64,000 bases of DNA from an uncultured Clostridium sp. (GTDB taxonomy: Bacteria; Bacillota_I; Bacilli_A; RF39; UBA660): positions 384-64,383 of the forward strand of contig CABUQZ010000005.1 of NCBI GenBank assembly GCA_902493795.1, written 5' to 3'. The position numbers and the translations under genes were made by a program. The notes under the pieces were generated by a model. The model saw only the letters and a program-made list of their open reading frames with translations, searched no databases and was not told where the DNA came from. Positions 8,945 through 19,348 of the stretch are shown here, one piece after another; within the stretch, counting starts at the first letter, position 1; each line of letters starts with the position of its first letter.

Positions 8945-9344
8945 CTATTTCCTCACTATGATAGACTTTATCTAAAACAGCATTAAGCATCTTAGTTACT
9001 TTTTCATCACTATACTTCTTAGAAAGTTCAATAGCTTCGTTAATTGCTACAACACTAGGAGTTTTAGTATACATTAGTTCATAAATACCAATAGATAAAA
9101 TAGCTTTATCTACTTTACTTAATCTATTAATATTCCAATCAACTAAATACTTATTGGCAGTTTTATTGATTTTAGTTTGATTTTCTATTACGTTAAATAC
9201 AAGTTCATTAACAAACTCATTTTCAACTTCTAATTGTTCTTTTATTAATTCTTTTACATCATATTCTTGTTTGCCATCTTGAAAGATATAAACTTGATAT
9301 AACACTTTCATAGCAATTTCTCTTAATTCGCTTCTGTTTTTCAT
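8934..9344 (-). CDS. nusB: Transcription antitermination factor NusB
   Basis: 136 aa, with RSELREIAMKVLYQV...INEAIELSKKY. The nusB-xseA-xseB order is as in Bacillus. The stop overlaps the xseA start by 11 nt. Confidence 0.85.
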   Translation of the reverse strand: MKNRSELREIAMKVLYQVYIFQDGKQEYDVKELIKEQLEVENEFVNELVFNVIENQTKINKTANKYLVDWNINRLSKVDKAILSIGIYELMYTKTPSVVAINEAIELSKKYSDEKVTKMLNAVLDKVYHSEEIDEQ

Positions 9345-9394
9345 TTAAATCACCTACTAGAATTTTAACATATTTCTAAAATAAATTAAACTTA

Positions 9395-10966
9395 TTATTT
9401 ATAAATATCGTATATTAATATTTCTCCATCTCTTTTTAAATTAGATTTTACATAATTTATAACTTTTTTTGGTATTTGTCCAGTAGTAAAAAGATCATCC
9501 TTTAACACAAGATAAATTGTATTTTTAGAATTTTTTATTTCGTTGATTAGACGCTCTTCACCATTTTTACCAAAGTTTCCCCTCATAAATAAATCATAGT
9601 CTTTATAATATATATCTTGAGGAAGATGGTACAATACTGCATCTTGAAATAAAATAATTACTTTAATCCCTTTTTCTTTCATTTCTTTTTCAAAAGAAAT
9701 AACATTATCTATTATATATAATGAATTATTAGAAATAACAACATAAGAAATATTACCATAATTATTATCAAGAACCACTGAATCTTTATTCTTTTCTAAA
9801 AGACAGTTAAAATAAAATACAAATGGATTAAAATAAAGTATTATCAAAAGACATATAACCCATATCAAAAAAATTCTTTTAATTATCTTAAGCTTAATTT
9901 TTCTATTGAAAAGAACTAATTTATCATACAAAGAATTAAATATCAAAATGGATATTGGAATAATTGATGGAAGTAAATGTGTTAAATCACTTATTGGATA
10001 AAAACAGGCGAAAGCTGGTAAAGAATAAAAAAGGACCAAAATATAAGTATAAGGATATAATTTATTTTTACTTTTTAATTGCTTATAGAATTTATAACAT
10101 ATATAAATAGCAGCAAAAGGAAATAAATAAGCTCTCCAATAAAGAATATATGCGTAGATTCCTCTATGCCTATTTATGGTAAATAATTCATCTAAAAAAT
10201 GGAAATAACTAACATAATTACCTTTAAAATCCTTAAGTCCTAAAACACAATAATCAATAAAAGAAGATAAACTATTAGTAAGAATTAAATACATTAAAAA
10301 GATAAGTATAGGAACAAAAACTCCCAATAATCTAAATAATATTTTCTTCATCTTACTATCTTTATCAAATAATAAAACTTTTAAAACAACAAAAAAGATA
10401 ACTATAAGTCCTATAGACTGTTTAGAAAGAATTGATAAAGCTGAACATATTCCAATAAGAAAATGAAACCAATAGTTATCTTTCTTCTTTCTATAAAGAA
10501 CAATCTCTAAATAGATAATAAATAGCAAAAAGAATATAGCAAAATAATTATATTCAAAATAAAAATTATAAATTAAAGTATGCATAAGCAAAAAAGATAA
10601 AAGAAAAATCTTAAATTTATCTAATTCTTTCCTACTTTCTATTAGAATTGATGAAATCTTAGAAAATAAAAACACTAAGCTTATTTTAAGAAAAGCCATA
10701 AATATTACATAAACTACTATTGAAGAGCCAAATACTTTTAACACTCCTCCAGTTAAAAAACACAAAAGAGGCGTTAAAACCATATTAAATCCAGTATAAG
10801 GAAGTACTCCTTTAGATATTTGTAATCCAAAATTATAATTCCAAAAGAAATCAAGTTTATTTCCATAAAAAGATAATTGTATAAATATATCAAATAAAAA
10901 AGAAAGAAAAAATATTAAAAAATAGAATAAAATTCTATTTTTTTCCTTAGTAAAAAGTTTATTCAT
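9395..10966 (-). CDS. Polytopic membrane protein, possibly a GT-C (ArnT/PMT-like) glycosyltransferase, with a soluble C-terminal domain
   Basis: There are about 12 hydrophobic segments, an N-terminal loop (FWNYNFGLQISKGVLPYTGFNM) and a C-terminal hydrophilic domain of about 130 aa. The start overlaps the ldh stop (ATGAATAA). The functional call is weak. Confidence 0.45.
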   Translation of the reverse strand: MNKLFTKEKNRILFYFLIFFLSFLFDIFIQLSFYGNKLDFFWNYNFGLQISKGVLPYTGFNMVLTPLLCFLTGGVLKVFGSSIVVYVIFMAFLKISLVFLFSKISSILIESRKELDKFKIFLLSFLLMHTLIYNFYFEYNYFAIFFLLFIIYLEIVLYRKKKDNYWFHFLIGICSALSILSKQSIGLIVIFFVVLKVLLFDKDSKMKKILFRLLGVFVPILIFLMYLILTNSLSSFIDYCVLGLKDFKGNYVSYFHFLDELFTINRHRGIYAYILYWRAYLFPFAAIYICYKFYKQLKSKNKLYPYTYILVLFYSLPAFACFYPISDLTHLLPSIIPISILIFNSLYDKLVLFNRKIKLKIIKRIFLIWVICLLIILYFNPFVFYFNCLLEKNKDSVVLDNNYGNISYVVISNNSLYIIDNVISFEKEMKEKGIKVIILFQDAVLYHLPQDIYYKDYDLFMRGNFGKNGEERLINEIKNSKNTIYLVLKDDLFTTGQIPKKVINYVKSNLKRDGEILIYDIYK

Positions 10967-11882
10967 CTAATTCTTTAATTGCTTCCTTTAGAATATTAAT
11001 TGAATTAGTTAATTTAGCTGTTTCTTCTTCATTTAATTTAAAATCTATCTTTCTATCTGCACCAACACTATTGATAACGCTAGGAAGTCCAACATACACA
11101 TCATTTGTATCATCATAAGTAGATACAACCATAACACTATTTTCATCTCCTAAAATAGCATTAGTAATCTTAACAAGGCACATACCTATTCCATAATATG
11201 TAGCTCCTTTAGCGTTTATTATCTTATAAGCAGCTGTTTTTACTTCTTCTTCAAACTCTTTCATTTCTTCATGTGAAATAAAAGATGAAATATCTTGAAG
11301 AGCAATATTAACATCACTCCAAGGAATAAATTCAGAATCTCCATGTTCACCAATTACATAAGCATGAACATTAGAAGGAGATACTTTTACTCTATCAGAT
11401 ATTAAAAATCTCAAACGAGCTGTATCAAGAGATGTTCCACTACCAATTACTTTATATCTAGGTAAATTAGAATATTTTTGAGTTAGATATGTCATTATAT
11501 CAACTGGATTAGTAGCTATCAAAAATATTCCATCAAATCCATTTTTCATAACTTCAGTAATAATTCCTTTAAAAATAGAAGCATTTCTTTTTAATAAATC
11601 GATTCTAGTTTCTCCAGGTTTTTGATTAACTCCTGCAGCAATAACTATTAAATCGGCATCTTTACAATCTGAATAATCACCAACTTTAATCTTCATTTTA
11701 GATGGAGAAAATGCAAGGCAATGGTTTAAATCCATAACCTCTCCTTCTACTCTTTCTTTATTAAGATCGATTAACGCAAGAGAATTAACATGAGTTCTTT
11801 GGTTTAATAAAGCATAAGCATAGCTCATACCAACATTACCACAACCAATTATAACAACTTTTTTATTATTCTTATTATTCAT
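10959..11882 (-). CDS. ldh: L-lactate dehydrogenase
   Basis: Rossmann motif VVIIGCGNVGMSYAYAL, plus GTSLDTARLRF and VIGEHGDSEFIPWS. Confidence 0.85.
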   Translation of the reverse strand: MNNKNNKKVVIIGCGNVGMSYAYALLNQRTHVNSLALIDLNKERVEGEVMDLNHCLAFSPSKMKIKVGDYSDCKDADLIVIAAGVNQKPGETRIDLLKRNASIFKGIITEVMKNGFDGIFLIATNPVDIMTYLTQKYSNLPRYKVIGSGTSLDTARLRFLISDRVKVSPSNVHAYVIGEHGDSEFIPWSDVNIALQDISSFISHEEMKEFEEEVKTAAYKIINAKGATYYGIGMCLVKITNAILGDENSVMVVSTYDDTNDVYVGLPSVINSVGADRKIDFKLNEEETAKLTNSINILKEAIKELDE

Positions 11883-11935
11883 ATTATCACCATAATAAGT
11901 ATAACATGACTAAATATAAACATAAATATAAAATT

Positions 11936-11962
11936 TAAAAAAATAGAAACCTAAGTTTCTAT
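11936..11962 (-). terminator. Rho-independent terminator after obg
   Basis: The minus strand reads ATAGAAAC-TTAG-GTTTCTAT followed by TTTTTTT. The stem includes the obg TAG stop. Confidence 0.6.
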
Positions 11963-13233
11963 TTAAATTCGAATTCATAATCTAGAATTCTTACTGTATC
12001 TCCTTCTTTAACTCCAAGTTCTACAAGCTTATCGTCAATTCCCATCTTACGAAGTTTATTAGCAAATCTGGAAACTGCTTCATCAGTATTAAATCTAGAC
12101 ATTTGCAATAATTTTTCTATTTCTTTTCCTTTAATTAACCAGCATCCATCAACATCTCTTGTAATTGTATATGGCTCTTCTTTCTTAAATTTATAAAGAA
12201 CATAAGATTCATATTGCTCTTCTTCTACTAAATCTTTAACTTCAATCTTATCAAGCACGTCAGCAATATGATTAATAACTTTATCAAGGCCTTCACCATT
12301 AATGGCGCTTATTTCGAATATTTCTTTATCTTTAACATGCTTTTTAAATTCTACAAGGTTATTTTTTGCCTCTGGAACATCCATTTTATTAGCAATAATG
12401 ATTTCGGGTTTCTTAATTAGAGATTCATCAAAGTTTTTAAGCTCATTTCTAATTATTTCATAGTCATCAATTGGATTTCTTCCTTCAGTACCACCCATAT
12501 CGATAACATGAGCAATAACTCTTGTTCTTTCAATATGTTTTAAAAACTTGTCTCCAAGTCCTTCTCCTAAACTAGCACCTTCAATAAGCCCAGGTAAATC
12601 AGCAACGACAAAACTTCTATCATTTGATGCCCTAACTACTCCTAAATTTGGAGATAATGTAGTAAAGTGATATGCAGCAATTTTAGGTTTTGATGCAGAA
12701 ATTTTTGAAATAATTGTACTTTTTCCGACACTAGGAAGACCAACAAGACCAACATCAGCTAAAAGCTTTAGTTCAACTTTTAAAATTCTTTTCTCACCAG
12801 GTTCACCGTTTTCTGCAAAATTAGGAGCAGGATTACTTTGAGTTTTAAAAGCAGTATTTCCACGTCCACCACGACCACCAGAGGCAACGACAACTCTATC
12901 ACCCTTATGTTTTAAATCAGCAAGTACAAGACCAGTTTCATTATCAGTAACAATAGTTCCCTCTGGAACTTTAATAATTACATCATCTGCATTTTTTCCA
13001 TTTTGATTTTTACCAGATCCATTTTCTCCCTTGTTACCTTTTATAGTTTTCATATATCTTAAATCTAGTAATGTATGAAGTCCAGTATCGACAATGAAAA
13101 TAATATCACTACCTTTACCACCATTACCACCAAAAGGTCCCCCCATTGGGATATATTTTTCTCGTCTAAAAGCAAGACATCCGTCTCCACCATTACCAGC
13201 TTCAACTTTAATAATTACCTCATCTACAAACAT
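11959..13233 (-). CDS. obg: GTPase Obg/CgtA
   Basis: MFVDEVIIKVEAGNGGDGCLAFRREKY, a Gly-rich Obg fold, G1 motif GLPSVGKST and a C-terminal TGS-like domain. Confidence 0.95.
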   Translation of the reverse strand: MFVDEVIIKVEAGNGGDGCLAFRREKYIPMGGPFGGNGGKGSDIIFIVDTGLHTLLDLRYMKTIKGNKGENGSGKNQNGKNADDVIIKVPEGTIVTDNETGLVLADLKHKGDRVVVASGGRGGRGNTAFKTQSNPAPNFAENGEPGEKRILKVELKLLADVGLVGLPSVGKSTIISKISASKPKIAAYHFTTLSPNLGVVRASNDRSFVVADLPGLIEGASLGEGLGDKFLKHIERTRVIAHVIDMGGTEGRNPIDDYEIIRNELKNFDESLIKKPEIIIANKMDVPEAKNNLVEFKKHVKDKEIFEISAINGEGLDKVINHIADVLDKIEVKDLVEEEQYESYVLYKFKKEEPYTITRDVDGCWLIKGKEIEKLLQMSRFNTDEAVSRFANKLRKMGIDDKLVELGVKEGDTVRILDYEFEFK

Positions 13234-13247
13234 TTAATATCACCCTT

Positions 13248-13994
13248 CTATTCTTTTAATTTTCTTTTTAGAATTTTTCCTTTATTAATATCACTAACAA
13301 GTTCATGAACAGCATTATATCTTTTTAAAGCAACACTAACAAGTCCTAAATTATCTCCTACCATATAACCATTATAATCTCTAATCATTTCAAAGTCATT
13401 ATCATTATCACCAATAGTATATATATTTTCCTTAGAAACCCCAATTTTATCAGCAAGAGATTGAACAATAACTCCTTTATTAGCTCCTTTTGCTCTAACT
13501 ATATAATAAGAAACATTACCATATCCGTATGTAATAAAATCATATTCCTTATGATTTTCTTTTAATGATTCAAAATCATCAAGAAAAGAAGGTGTTATGT
13601 TTTTATTATTGATAACAAAAGCAACACTAGCAAGTAATAGATTATCATCGTAAGTTTTACCATTAGTCTTAGGATATGTATATTGTACTTTATCAAATAT
13701 ATTATGTTTTAATAAAACATCAAGCTCTTTAACTATATCATGAGGCATAGTAAATGAATCAATCATATCTCTTTTATTATCAAACAAGAAGCTTCCATCA
13801 CTTGTTGCAAGATAAGTATATGGAATATTATACTTTTTCACTTGATTCATTAAAGAGTCATAAGCTCTTCCACTTGATAATAAAAAATAATTTCCACGAG
13901 ACATAAAATCAAATATTTTTTCACAATTTAATTCAATATCCTTTACACTTGTTGAAAATGTACCATCAAAATCACTTACAATTAAATTTCTCAT
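13248..13994 (-). CDS. Cof-type HAD-IIB phosphatase
   Basis: Motif I is VSDFDGTF. The C-terminal motif is GDNDNDFEM. Confidence 0.7.
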   Translation of the reverse strand: MRNLIVSDFDGTFSTSVKDIELNCEKIFDFMSRGNYFLLSSGRAYDSLMNQVKKYNIPYTYLATSDGSFLFDNKRDMIDSFTMPHDIVKELDVLLKHNIFDKVQYTYPKTNGKTYDDNLLLASVAFVINNKNITPSFLDDFESLKENHKEYDFITYGYGNVSYYIVRAKGANKGVIVQSLADKIGVSKENIYTIGDNDNDFEMIRDYNGYMVGDNLGLVSVALKRYNAVHELVSDINKGKILKRKLKE

Positions 13995-14043
13995 ATATAA
14001 TTACCCCCCAAAAATACAATGCATATTATAACACAATTTATGC

Positions 14044-14068
14044 AAAAATAAAAGAGCACATTGTGCTC
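14044..14068 (-). terminator. Rho-independent terminator after rpmA
   Basis: The minus strand reads GAGCAC-AAT-GTGCTC followed by TTTTATTTTT. Confidence 0.6.
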
Positions 14069-14078
14069 AAATTTATAA

Positions 14079-14369
14079 TTATTTTGTAGTTGTATAGCAA
14101 CTAACTTGTTTACTATCTCTTCCTAAACGTTCAAATTTAACTACACCATCAACTGTAGTATAAAGAGTATCATCATTTCCTCTTTTTACATTAACACCAG
14201 GATGAATTTTAGTTCCTCTTTGACGATATAAAATAGATCCAGCAGTAACATTTTGTCCATCACAAACTTTAGCTCCTAATCTACGTCCAGCTGAGTCACG
14301 TCCATTAGATGTAGAACCTTGTCCTTTATGGTGTGCAAATAACTGTAAATTTAGTTTTAACATATTCAT
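14079..14369 (-). CDS. rpmA: 50S ribosomal protein L27 with a cleavable N-terminal extension
   Basis: The N-terminus [26 protein letters not shown] carries the LNLQxFA propeptide site typical of Prp-processed L27. Confidence 0.95.
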   Translation of the reverse strand: MNMLKLNLQLFAHHKGQGSTSNGRDSAGRRLGAKVCDGQNVTAGSILYRQRGTKIHPGVNVKRGNDDTLYTTVDGVVKFERLGRDSKQVSCYTTTK

Positions 14370-14373
14370 AAAA

Positions 14374-14676
14374 TTAGTTCTCCTTTCTTATCTTAATATT
14401 TTTAGGATAATCTTCTTCAATATCTTTTAACATATTTATCATATTTAAAAGTAATTTATCTGTAATAAGAGAATGCTTAATAACTACTATATAAAAATTA
14501 TCAGGCAAACTTTCATATTTAATACTATTCTCATCAAAAGAAAGTATTGCATTAATTGTAGTAATAACAACACTTGATACTCCGGCACAGACGATATCTT
14601 TACCAGAAGAATCATACATAGCATGTCCTAAGAATTCTATTTTATCGTTATTACCAATCAAATTAACTTTAATCAT
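14374..14676 (-). CDS. prp: Ribosomal-processing cysteine protease Prp (YsxB family)
   Basis: It lies between rplU and rpm[20 protein letters not shown] contains the catalytic His/Cys context. The start is set to the ATG after GAAGGA; the ORF-track start is a TTG at 14688. Confidence 0.8.
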   Translation of the reverse strand: MIKVNLIGNNDKIEFLGHAMYDSSGKDIVCAGVSSVVITTINAILSFDENSIKYESLPDNFYIVVIKHSLITDKLLLNMINMLKDIEEDYPKNIKIRKEN

Positions 14677-14677
14677 A

Positions 14678-14980
14678 TTATCCTTCAATTTTAGTAATAG
14701 TTACTTTTGTATAAGGTTGTCTATGACCATGAGTTCTTCTATTAGAACGATCTTTTTGTTTATACTTGAAAACTAAAACTTTCTTTTGTTTTCCTTGTTT
14801 TTCAACTTTTCCTTCTACAACAGCACCTTCTACATAAGGATTACCTACTTTAGAATCTAACATTAATACTTCATTAAATCTTACTGTTTCACCAGGAAGA
14901 GCATTAATCTTTTCAACGTAGATAACATCTCCTAAAGATGCAAGAACTTGTTTACCACCAATTTTAATAACTGCTTTCAT
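14678..14980 (-). CDS. rplU: 50S ribosomal protein L21
   Basis: [24 protein letters not shown]...[13 protein letters not shown]. The start is set to the ATG preceded by GAAGGAGG; the ORF track begins 21 nt upstream. Confidence 0.95.
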   Translation of the reverse strand: MKAVIKIGGKQVLASLGDVIYVEKINALPGETVRFNEVLMLDSKVGNPYVEGAVVEGKVEKQGKQKKVLVFKYKQKDRSNRRTHGHRQPYTKVTITKIEG

Positions 14981-15076
14981 TAAATTACCTCCTTCTTTCA
15001 TTGTTCTGGCTCGCTCTTAAGGTACACAAATGTGTTTCCACCTTTTCAATGCGGTTTGAGCTATAGAGGCTACAAA
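14981..15076 (-). promoter_or_regulatory. Structured 5' leader of rplU-prp-rpmA, consistent with the ribosomal L21 leader of Bacillota
   Basis: This is a roughly 95-nt untranslated leader between a good promoter and the rplU RBS. Nested pairings are visible (GCTC...GAGC; AAGGT-GGAA-ACACA / TGTGT-ACCTT). Identity with the Rfam L21_leader was not verified. Confidence 0.45.
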
Positions 15077-15083
15077 CGTATTA

Positions 15084-15112
15084 ATTCTAACATTTTTTTT
15101 AGCATAAGTCAA
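15084..15112 (-). promoter_or_regulatory. Sigma-A-type promoter for the rplU operon
   Basis: The minus strand reads TTGACT, a 17-nt spacer, then TAGAAT. Confidence 0.55.
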
Positions 15113-15144
15113 TTAATATCAAATAAAAATTATAGTATTTATAC

Positions 15145-15633
15145 TTACACTTTTAATTCATCGATTACTAAATGATTGAAATCCAAATTGTTTTTTAGAA
15201 TATTTTTTAAATATTTTGGTCTAATATCATATTTCTCTATTTCTTCTAAGTCTATCCATTTAAAATCTAATTTAATAATATTTCCCTTGTCATTTTCCAT
15301 TAATGTAAAATTATTTATATCCAACTCATCATTAGAAGTCAACAAATAATAAAAAGATATCTCATGAATATTCTTATTATATTTATTTTTAAAGAAATTT
15401 TCAATTACTCCACAATACTTATCTATTTTAAAATCTTTTCTAACTTCTTCACTTAGCTCTCTTAAACACGCTTGTTCGGTTGTTTCTCCTAATTCTACAT
15501 ATCCTCCAGGTAAACATAAAAATCCACTATCATCCATATCCACAAATAATACTTTCCTATCTTTAATAACTATTCCAGATACCCTAAACTTAAAATTAAG
15601 TTCTTCTCTATTCATTTTAATGCTTTCTCTCAT
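15145..15633 (-). CDS. NUDIX hydrolase
   Basis: Nudix box GGYVELGETTEQACLRELSEEV. Confidence 0.8.
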   Translation of the reverse strand: MRESIKMNREELNFKFRVSGIVIKDRKVLFVDMDDSGFLCLPGGYVELGETTEQACLRELSEEVRKDFKIDKYCGVIENFFKNKYNKNIHEISFYYLLTSNDELDINNFTLMENDKGNIIKLDFKWIDLEEIEKYDIRPKYLKNILKNNLDFNHLVIDELKV

Positions 15634-15705
15634 ATTGTTACCTCTATTGCTAAATAATACTTATCTAAATTTCTAAAAAGAAAAAGAACAGCAAACTGTT
15701 CCTAA

Positions 15706-15921
15706 TTACATATATTTTCCCATTTGTTTCATCATTTGGTTTACTTGCTTTTGAGAAGGAGTTCTTCCCATCTGAGTCATTAAAGCTTTAATCATTTCTT
15801 CGTTAATAGGAGGATTAAGCTTCAAATACTTTTGCATAAAATGCTTTGCAACAAAGAAACCTGCTACTCCACCAGCTAAAAAAACTAACAAATATTTAAG
15901 TATATCTAAAAATATATCCAT
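15706..15921 (-). CDS. yneF: UPF0154 membrane protein YneF
   Basis: It has one TM helix, then [37 protein letters not shown], closely resembling B. subtilis YneF as I remember it. The start is set to the ATG after AGGAG. Confidence 0.85.
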   Translation of the reverse strand: MDIFLDILKYLLVFLAGGVAGFFVAKHFMQKYLKLNPPINEEMIKALMTQMGRTPSQKQVNQMMKQMGKYM

Positions 15922-15961
15922 TATATCATCTCCTGTAAATAATATACTAAATAATAAGAAT

Positions 15962-16387
15962 TTATACAAGAGTTTTTATATTTCGCAAATAAAAATAATC
16001 TTGATTATTAAAGTCACACACCAAACAATTTTGATAGACTTCATTAATAATTGGAAAAAACTCAGTAAACTTCTTATTAGAATTTATAATAATATAACTT
16101 TTCTTAACTTTCATAATGCTCACTTCGTCTTTATAAAAATTATTGATTATATGATCATCACTTTTCTTAACATACCTCATTTTATTATGAAGTTTTAAAT
16201 ATATATCAAGATCTAATTCATCTTTATCAAAGTAGTCAGCAACTTGCCTAAATATCATATTACAATAGTCTAAACTATCCTTTTTCAAGTAATACAATTG
16301 ATTTAGAAAATTATATAACACACTTGGTGTTTTTTCATATATTTCTAGTACATCTTTTTTAATGTTAAATACATAATATATTCTCAT
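15962..16387 (-). CDS. SirA/YneE-like protein (sporulation inhibitor of replication family), tentative
   Basis: The tkt-X-yneF position matches B. subtilis yneE. The N-terminus ([12 protein letters not shown]) and C-terminus ([19 protein letters not shown]) parallel remembered SirA (MERHYYTYLIKEE ... VSPCFLAMDFNSKRYGWL). The start is set to the ATG after AGGTGA. Confidence 0.5.
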   Translation of the reverse strand: MRIYYVFNIKKDVLEIYEKTPSVLYNFLNQLYYLKKDSLDYCNMIFRQVADYFDKDELDLDIYLKLHNKMRYVKKSDDHIINNFYKDEVSIMKVKKSYIIINSNKKFTEFFPIINEVYQNCLVCDFNNQDYFYLRNIKTLV

Positions 16388-16448
16388 AATTATCACCTAA
16401 TATAAGAATATATTAATTGCTATTATAATTATGTCGAAAAAAAAGAAA

Positions 16449-18446
16449 CTATTTATTATTTAGTTCCTTTTCAATTTTTTCTTCTATTAAATTAACGTCA
16501 AATCCATATTTTTTATCAACATCATCTTTATTTCCACTTGCTCCAAATGAGTCTATTGTAAACATACGATTTTTATCATTTACATATTTATACCAAGAAA
16601 GAGATGCTGATCTTTCAATAACAAATGTTTTAAGACCTTTTGGTAATATTTCGTTTTGGTATTCTTCACTCATTTTCTCAAATCTAGACATAGAAGGCAT
16701 ACTAACTATTCTTATTCCATATCCTTTTTCAATAAGTAAATCATAAACTTTCATAGTAAGGTCGAGTTCTTCTCCAGAAGTTATTATAATTCCTTCAAGA
16801 TTATTTCTTTCTTTTTCTACAACATAAGCTCCATTAATAACCATACTACTAGAAGTATGTTCTTGTATTTTTACTTTGTTTCTTCCTAATATTATTGCAG
16901 CAGGTTTTCTAAGTTCTAGAATTGCTTTATAGGCTCCAATTGTTTCATTTGCATCACTAGGTCTATAAGTATCAAAGTTAGGAGTTGCACGTAAAGATAC
17001 TAATTGCTCAACAGGTTGATGAGTTGGCCCATCTTCTCCTACACTAATAGAGTCATGACTAAATACATAAATTACTGGTAAATCCATTAAAGCACTAAGT
17101 CTTAATGATGGTTTTAAGTAATCAGAAAATGAGAAAAATGTTGATACAAATGGAGTTAAATTAGATAAAGCAATACCATTTCCAATAGCTGCCATAGCAT
17201 TTTCTCTAATTCCAAAATTAATATTTCTTCCTAAAGGAGTTAAGAAAGAATTGTTTTCAGTATCACCTAGCCTTGCTTTAGAAGACTTAGATACATCAGC
17301 ACTTCCTCCAATTAAAAATGGATAGTTTTTAGAAATAGAATTAAGTATTTTTCCAGATACATTTCTAGTTGAATCCATAGAGTCTTGTGGTGCAATATAA
17401 TCAACATCAAGAAGTTTAACAGGCTTTTTATTATTAATTAATAAATCAAGTTTTTCTTTTAATTCCTGACTAAGTCCTTCTACTTTAGAGTTCCACTTTT
17501 TAATTACATCTTTATTTCTTTCATGAATTTTTGAACTCATCTTTTCTTTTGTATCTTGTGAGATGGCAAAAGGTATTTCTCTAAGTCCTAATTTCTGTTT
17601 TATATAGTTGATATCGTCACTATCTAAAGGCGAACCATGTACTAAACAAGTTCCTTCGTTTTTGCTATATCGTCCAATAACTGTTTTAACTTCGATAATT
17701 GTAGGTTTAGAAATAGACTTTTTAGCTTCTTCTATTGCTCTATCAATTTTAAAAGTATCTTCTCCATCATCAACTAAAATATAATTCCAGTTCATCGCTT
17801 CAAATCTCATTTTAATATCTTCATTAAATGATGTATCTAAATTACCATCTAATGTAACACCATTTGAATCATATAAAACAATTAACTTATTTAGGTTAAG
17901 GTGTCCAGCAAGAGATGCTGCTTCATAGCTCATTCCCTCCATCAAGTCACCATCACCACACAATACATATGTATAATAATTGATAATATCTTCTCCAAAA
18001 TAATTCCTTAAGAATCTTTCACTAATTGCCATTCCAACACTAGAAGCTATTCCTTGTCCTAAAGGTCCTGTTGATATATCTACTCCTTTAGTTACAGAGT
18101 ATTCAGGATGTCCTGGAGTAATAGAATCAAGTTTTCTAAATTTTTTTAACTCTTCAAACGGTAAATCAAATCCTGCCATAAATAAAGTTGCATAAAGTAA
18201 AGCAGAACCATGTCCACAAGACATAACAAACCTATCTCTATTAATCCATTTATCATCTTCTTGATTTACTTTAATATGATTAGCATAAAGTGTAGTAATT
18301 ATAGGTGCAGCCCCTAAAACAATACCAGGGTGACCACTATTTGCTTCACTAATCATATCAATTCCAAGTGCTCTTATATTATCTACTATTTTTGAAATGT
18401 CATCATATACTTCTGTATTTTCTTCTTTTACATTAATATTTAGCAT
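16449..18446 (-). CDS. tkt: Transketolase
   Basis: SGHPGIVLGAAPI, the ThDP motif GDGDLMEGMSYEAASLAGHL, and GEDGPTHQPVEQL. Confidence 0.95.
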   Translation of the reverse strand: MLNINVKEENTEVYDDISKIVDNIRALGIDMISEANSGHPGIVLGAAPIITTLYANHIKVNQEDDKWINRDRFVMSCGHGSALLYATLFMAGFDLPFEELKKFRKLDSITPGHPEYSVTKGVDISTGPLGQGIASSVGMAISERFLRNYFGEDIINYYTYVLCGDGDLMEGMSYEAASLAGHLNLNKLIVLYDSNGVTLDGNLDTSFNEDIKMRFEAMNWNYILVDDGEDTFKIDRAIEEAKKSISKPTIIEVKTVIGRYSKNEGTCLVHGSPLDSDDINYIKQKLGLREIPFAISQDTKEKMSSKIHERNKDVIKKWNSKVEGLSQELKEKLDLLINNKKPVKLLDVDYIAPQDSMDSTRNVSGKILNSISKNYPFLIGGSADVSKSSKARLGDTENNSFLTPLGRNINFGIRENAMAAIGNGIALSNLTPFVSTFFSFSDYLKPSLRLSALMDLPVIYVFSHDSISVGEDGPTHQPVEQLVSLRATPNFDTYRPSDANETIGAYKAILELRKPAAIILGRNKVKIQEHTSSSMVINGAYVVEKERNNLEGIIITSGEELDLTMKVYDLLIEKGYGIRIVSMPSMSRFEKMSEEYQNEILPKGLKTFVIERSASLSWYKYVNDKNRMFTIDSFGASGNKDDVDKKYGFDVNLIEEKIEKELNNK

Positions 18447-18457
18447 AACTCCTCCAT

Positions 18458-19252
18458 TTAATTAACTTGAGAATATAATTCATCAAGAACTAATTTAACT
18501 CCATTTTCTTTACTAGAAAGTGTAACAACATCAGCTAATTTCTTAACTTCATCACTTGCATTAGCAACAGCAACTTTAAAACCAGCTTCCTTAAGCATAT
18601 CTATATCGTTAGAAGAATCCCCAATAGCCATAGCTTTAGATTTATCAATATTTAAGTACTCACATAATCTAACAAGAGCATCTCCTTTAGAAACTTCTTT
18701 ATTAACTACATCATAATATAGAAGTTTACCTTCAAAAATGTGTTTTGTTTTATTAGCTATTTTTAAAGTAGTATTTTCTTTAATATCTCTATTTAAATAT
18801 TTCATGTTTTCAAGATTATATGATTCTAACACAACTTGAGAAATCTCATCATCAATATCAAGAAGTGATGAAACAACAACAAAACCAGTATTATCATCAT
18901 TTTTATTTGTATATCTTTTTTGAATACTATTAGCAACAAAGAATAAATCATATTTTTTAACAAATTCATCCAATTTAGCTAAGTTATCCTTATTTATGGT
19001 ATTATTATAAATAACTTTTTTATTTACTATGTTATATATTTCTGCACCATTAGAAGTAATAACATAACCACTTGTATTAAACTGCTTACATATTGGTATT
19101 GTATAAGTAAGCGGTCTACCAGTATTTAAAACAACAAAAATACCTACACTAGCTAGTTTTTCAAAAATAGCTTTGTTTTCAATATCGATTGTCCCATTTT
19201 CTTTTGTTAGAGTACTATCTAAATCTGTAAATACAATTTTTACATCCTTCAT
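18458..19252 (-). CDS. Cof-type HAD-IIB phosphatase
   Basis: VFTDLDSTLT and GDSSNDIDMLKEAG. Confidence 0.75.
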   Translation of the reverse strand: MKDVKIVFTDLDSTLTKENGTIDIENKAIFEKLASVGIFVVLNTGRPLTYTIPICKQFNTSGYVITSNGAEIYNIVNKKVIYNNTINKDNLAKLDEFVKKYDLFFVANSIQKRYTNKNDDNTGFVVVSSLLDIDDEISQVVLESYNLENMKYLNRDIKENTTLKIANKTKHIFEGKLLYYDVVNKEVSKGDALVRLCEYLNIDKSKAMAIGDSSNDIDMLKEAGFKVAVANASDEVKKLADVVTLSSKENGVKLVLDELYSQVN

Positions 19253-19312
19253 ATTATCACCTGGTTACTATTATATCACATTATGTAAATTTTATTAACA
19301 AATTATAAAACG

Positions 19313-19342
19313 AAAAAAAGAATACAGAAAATTCTATATTCT
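19313..19342 (-). terminator. Rho-independent terminator after cls
   Basis: The minus strand reads AGAATATAGAA-tt-TTCTGTATTCT followed by TTTTTTT. Confidence 0.55.
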
Positions 19343-19348
19343 TATAAT

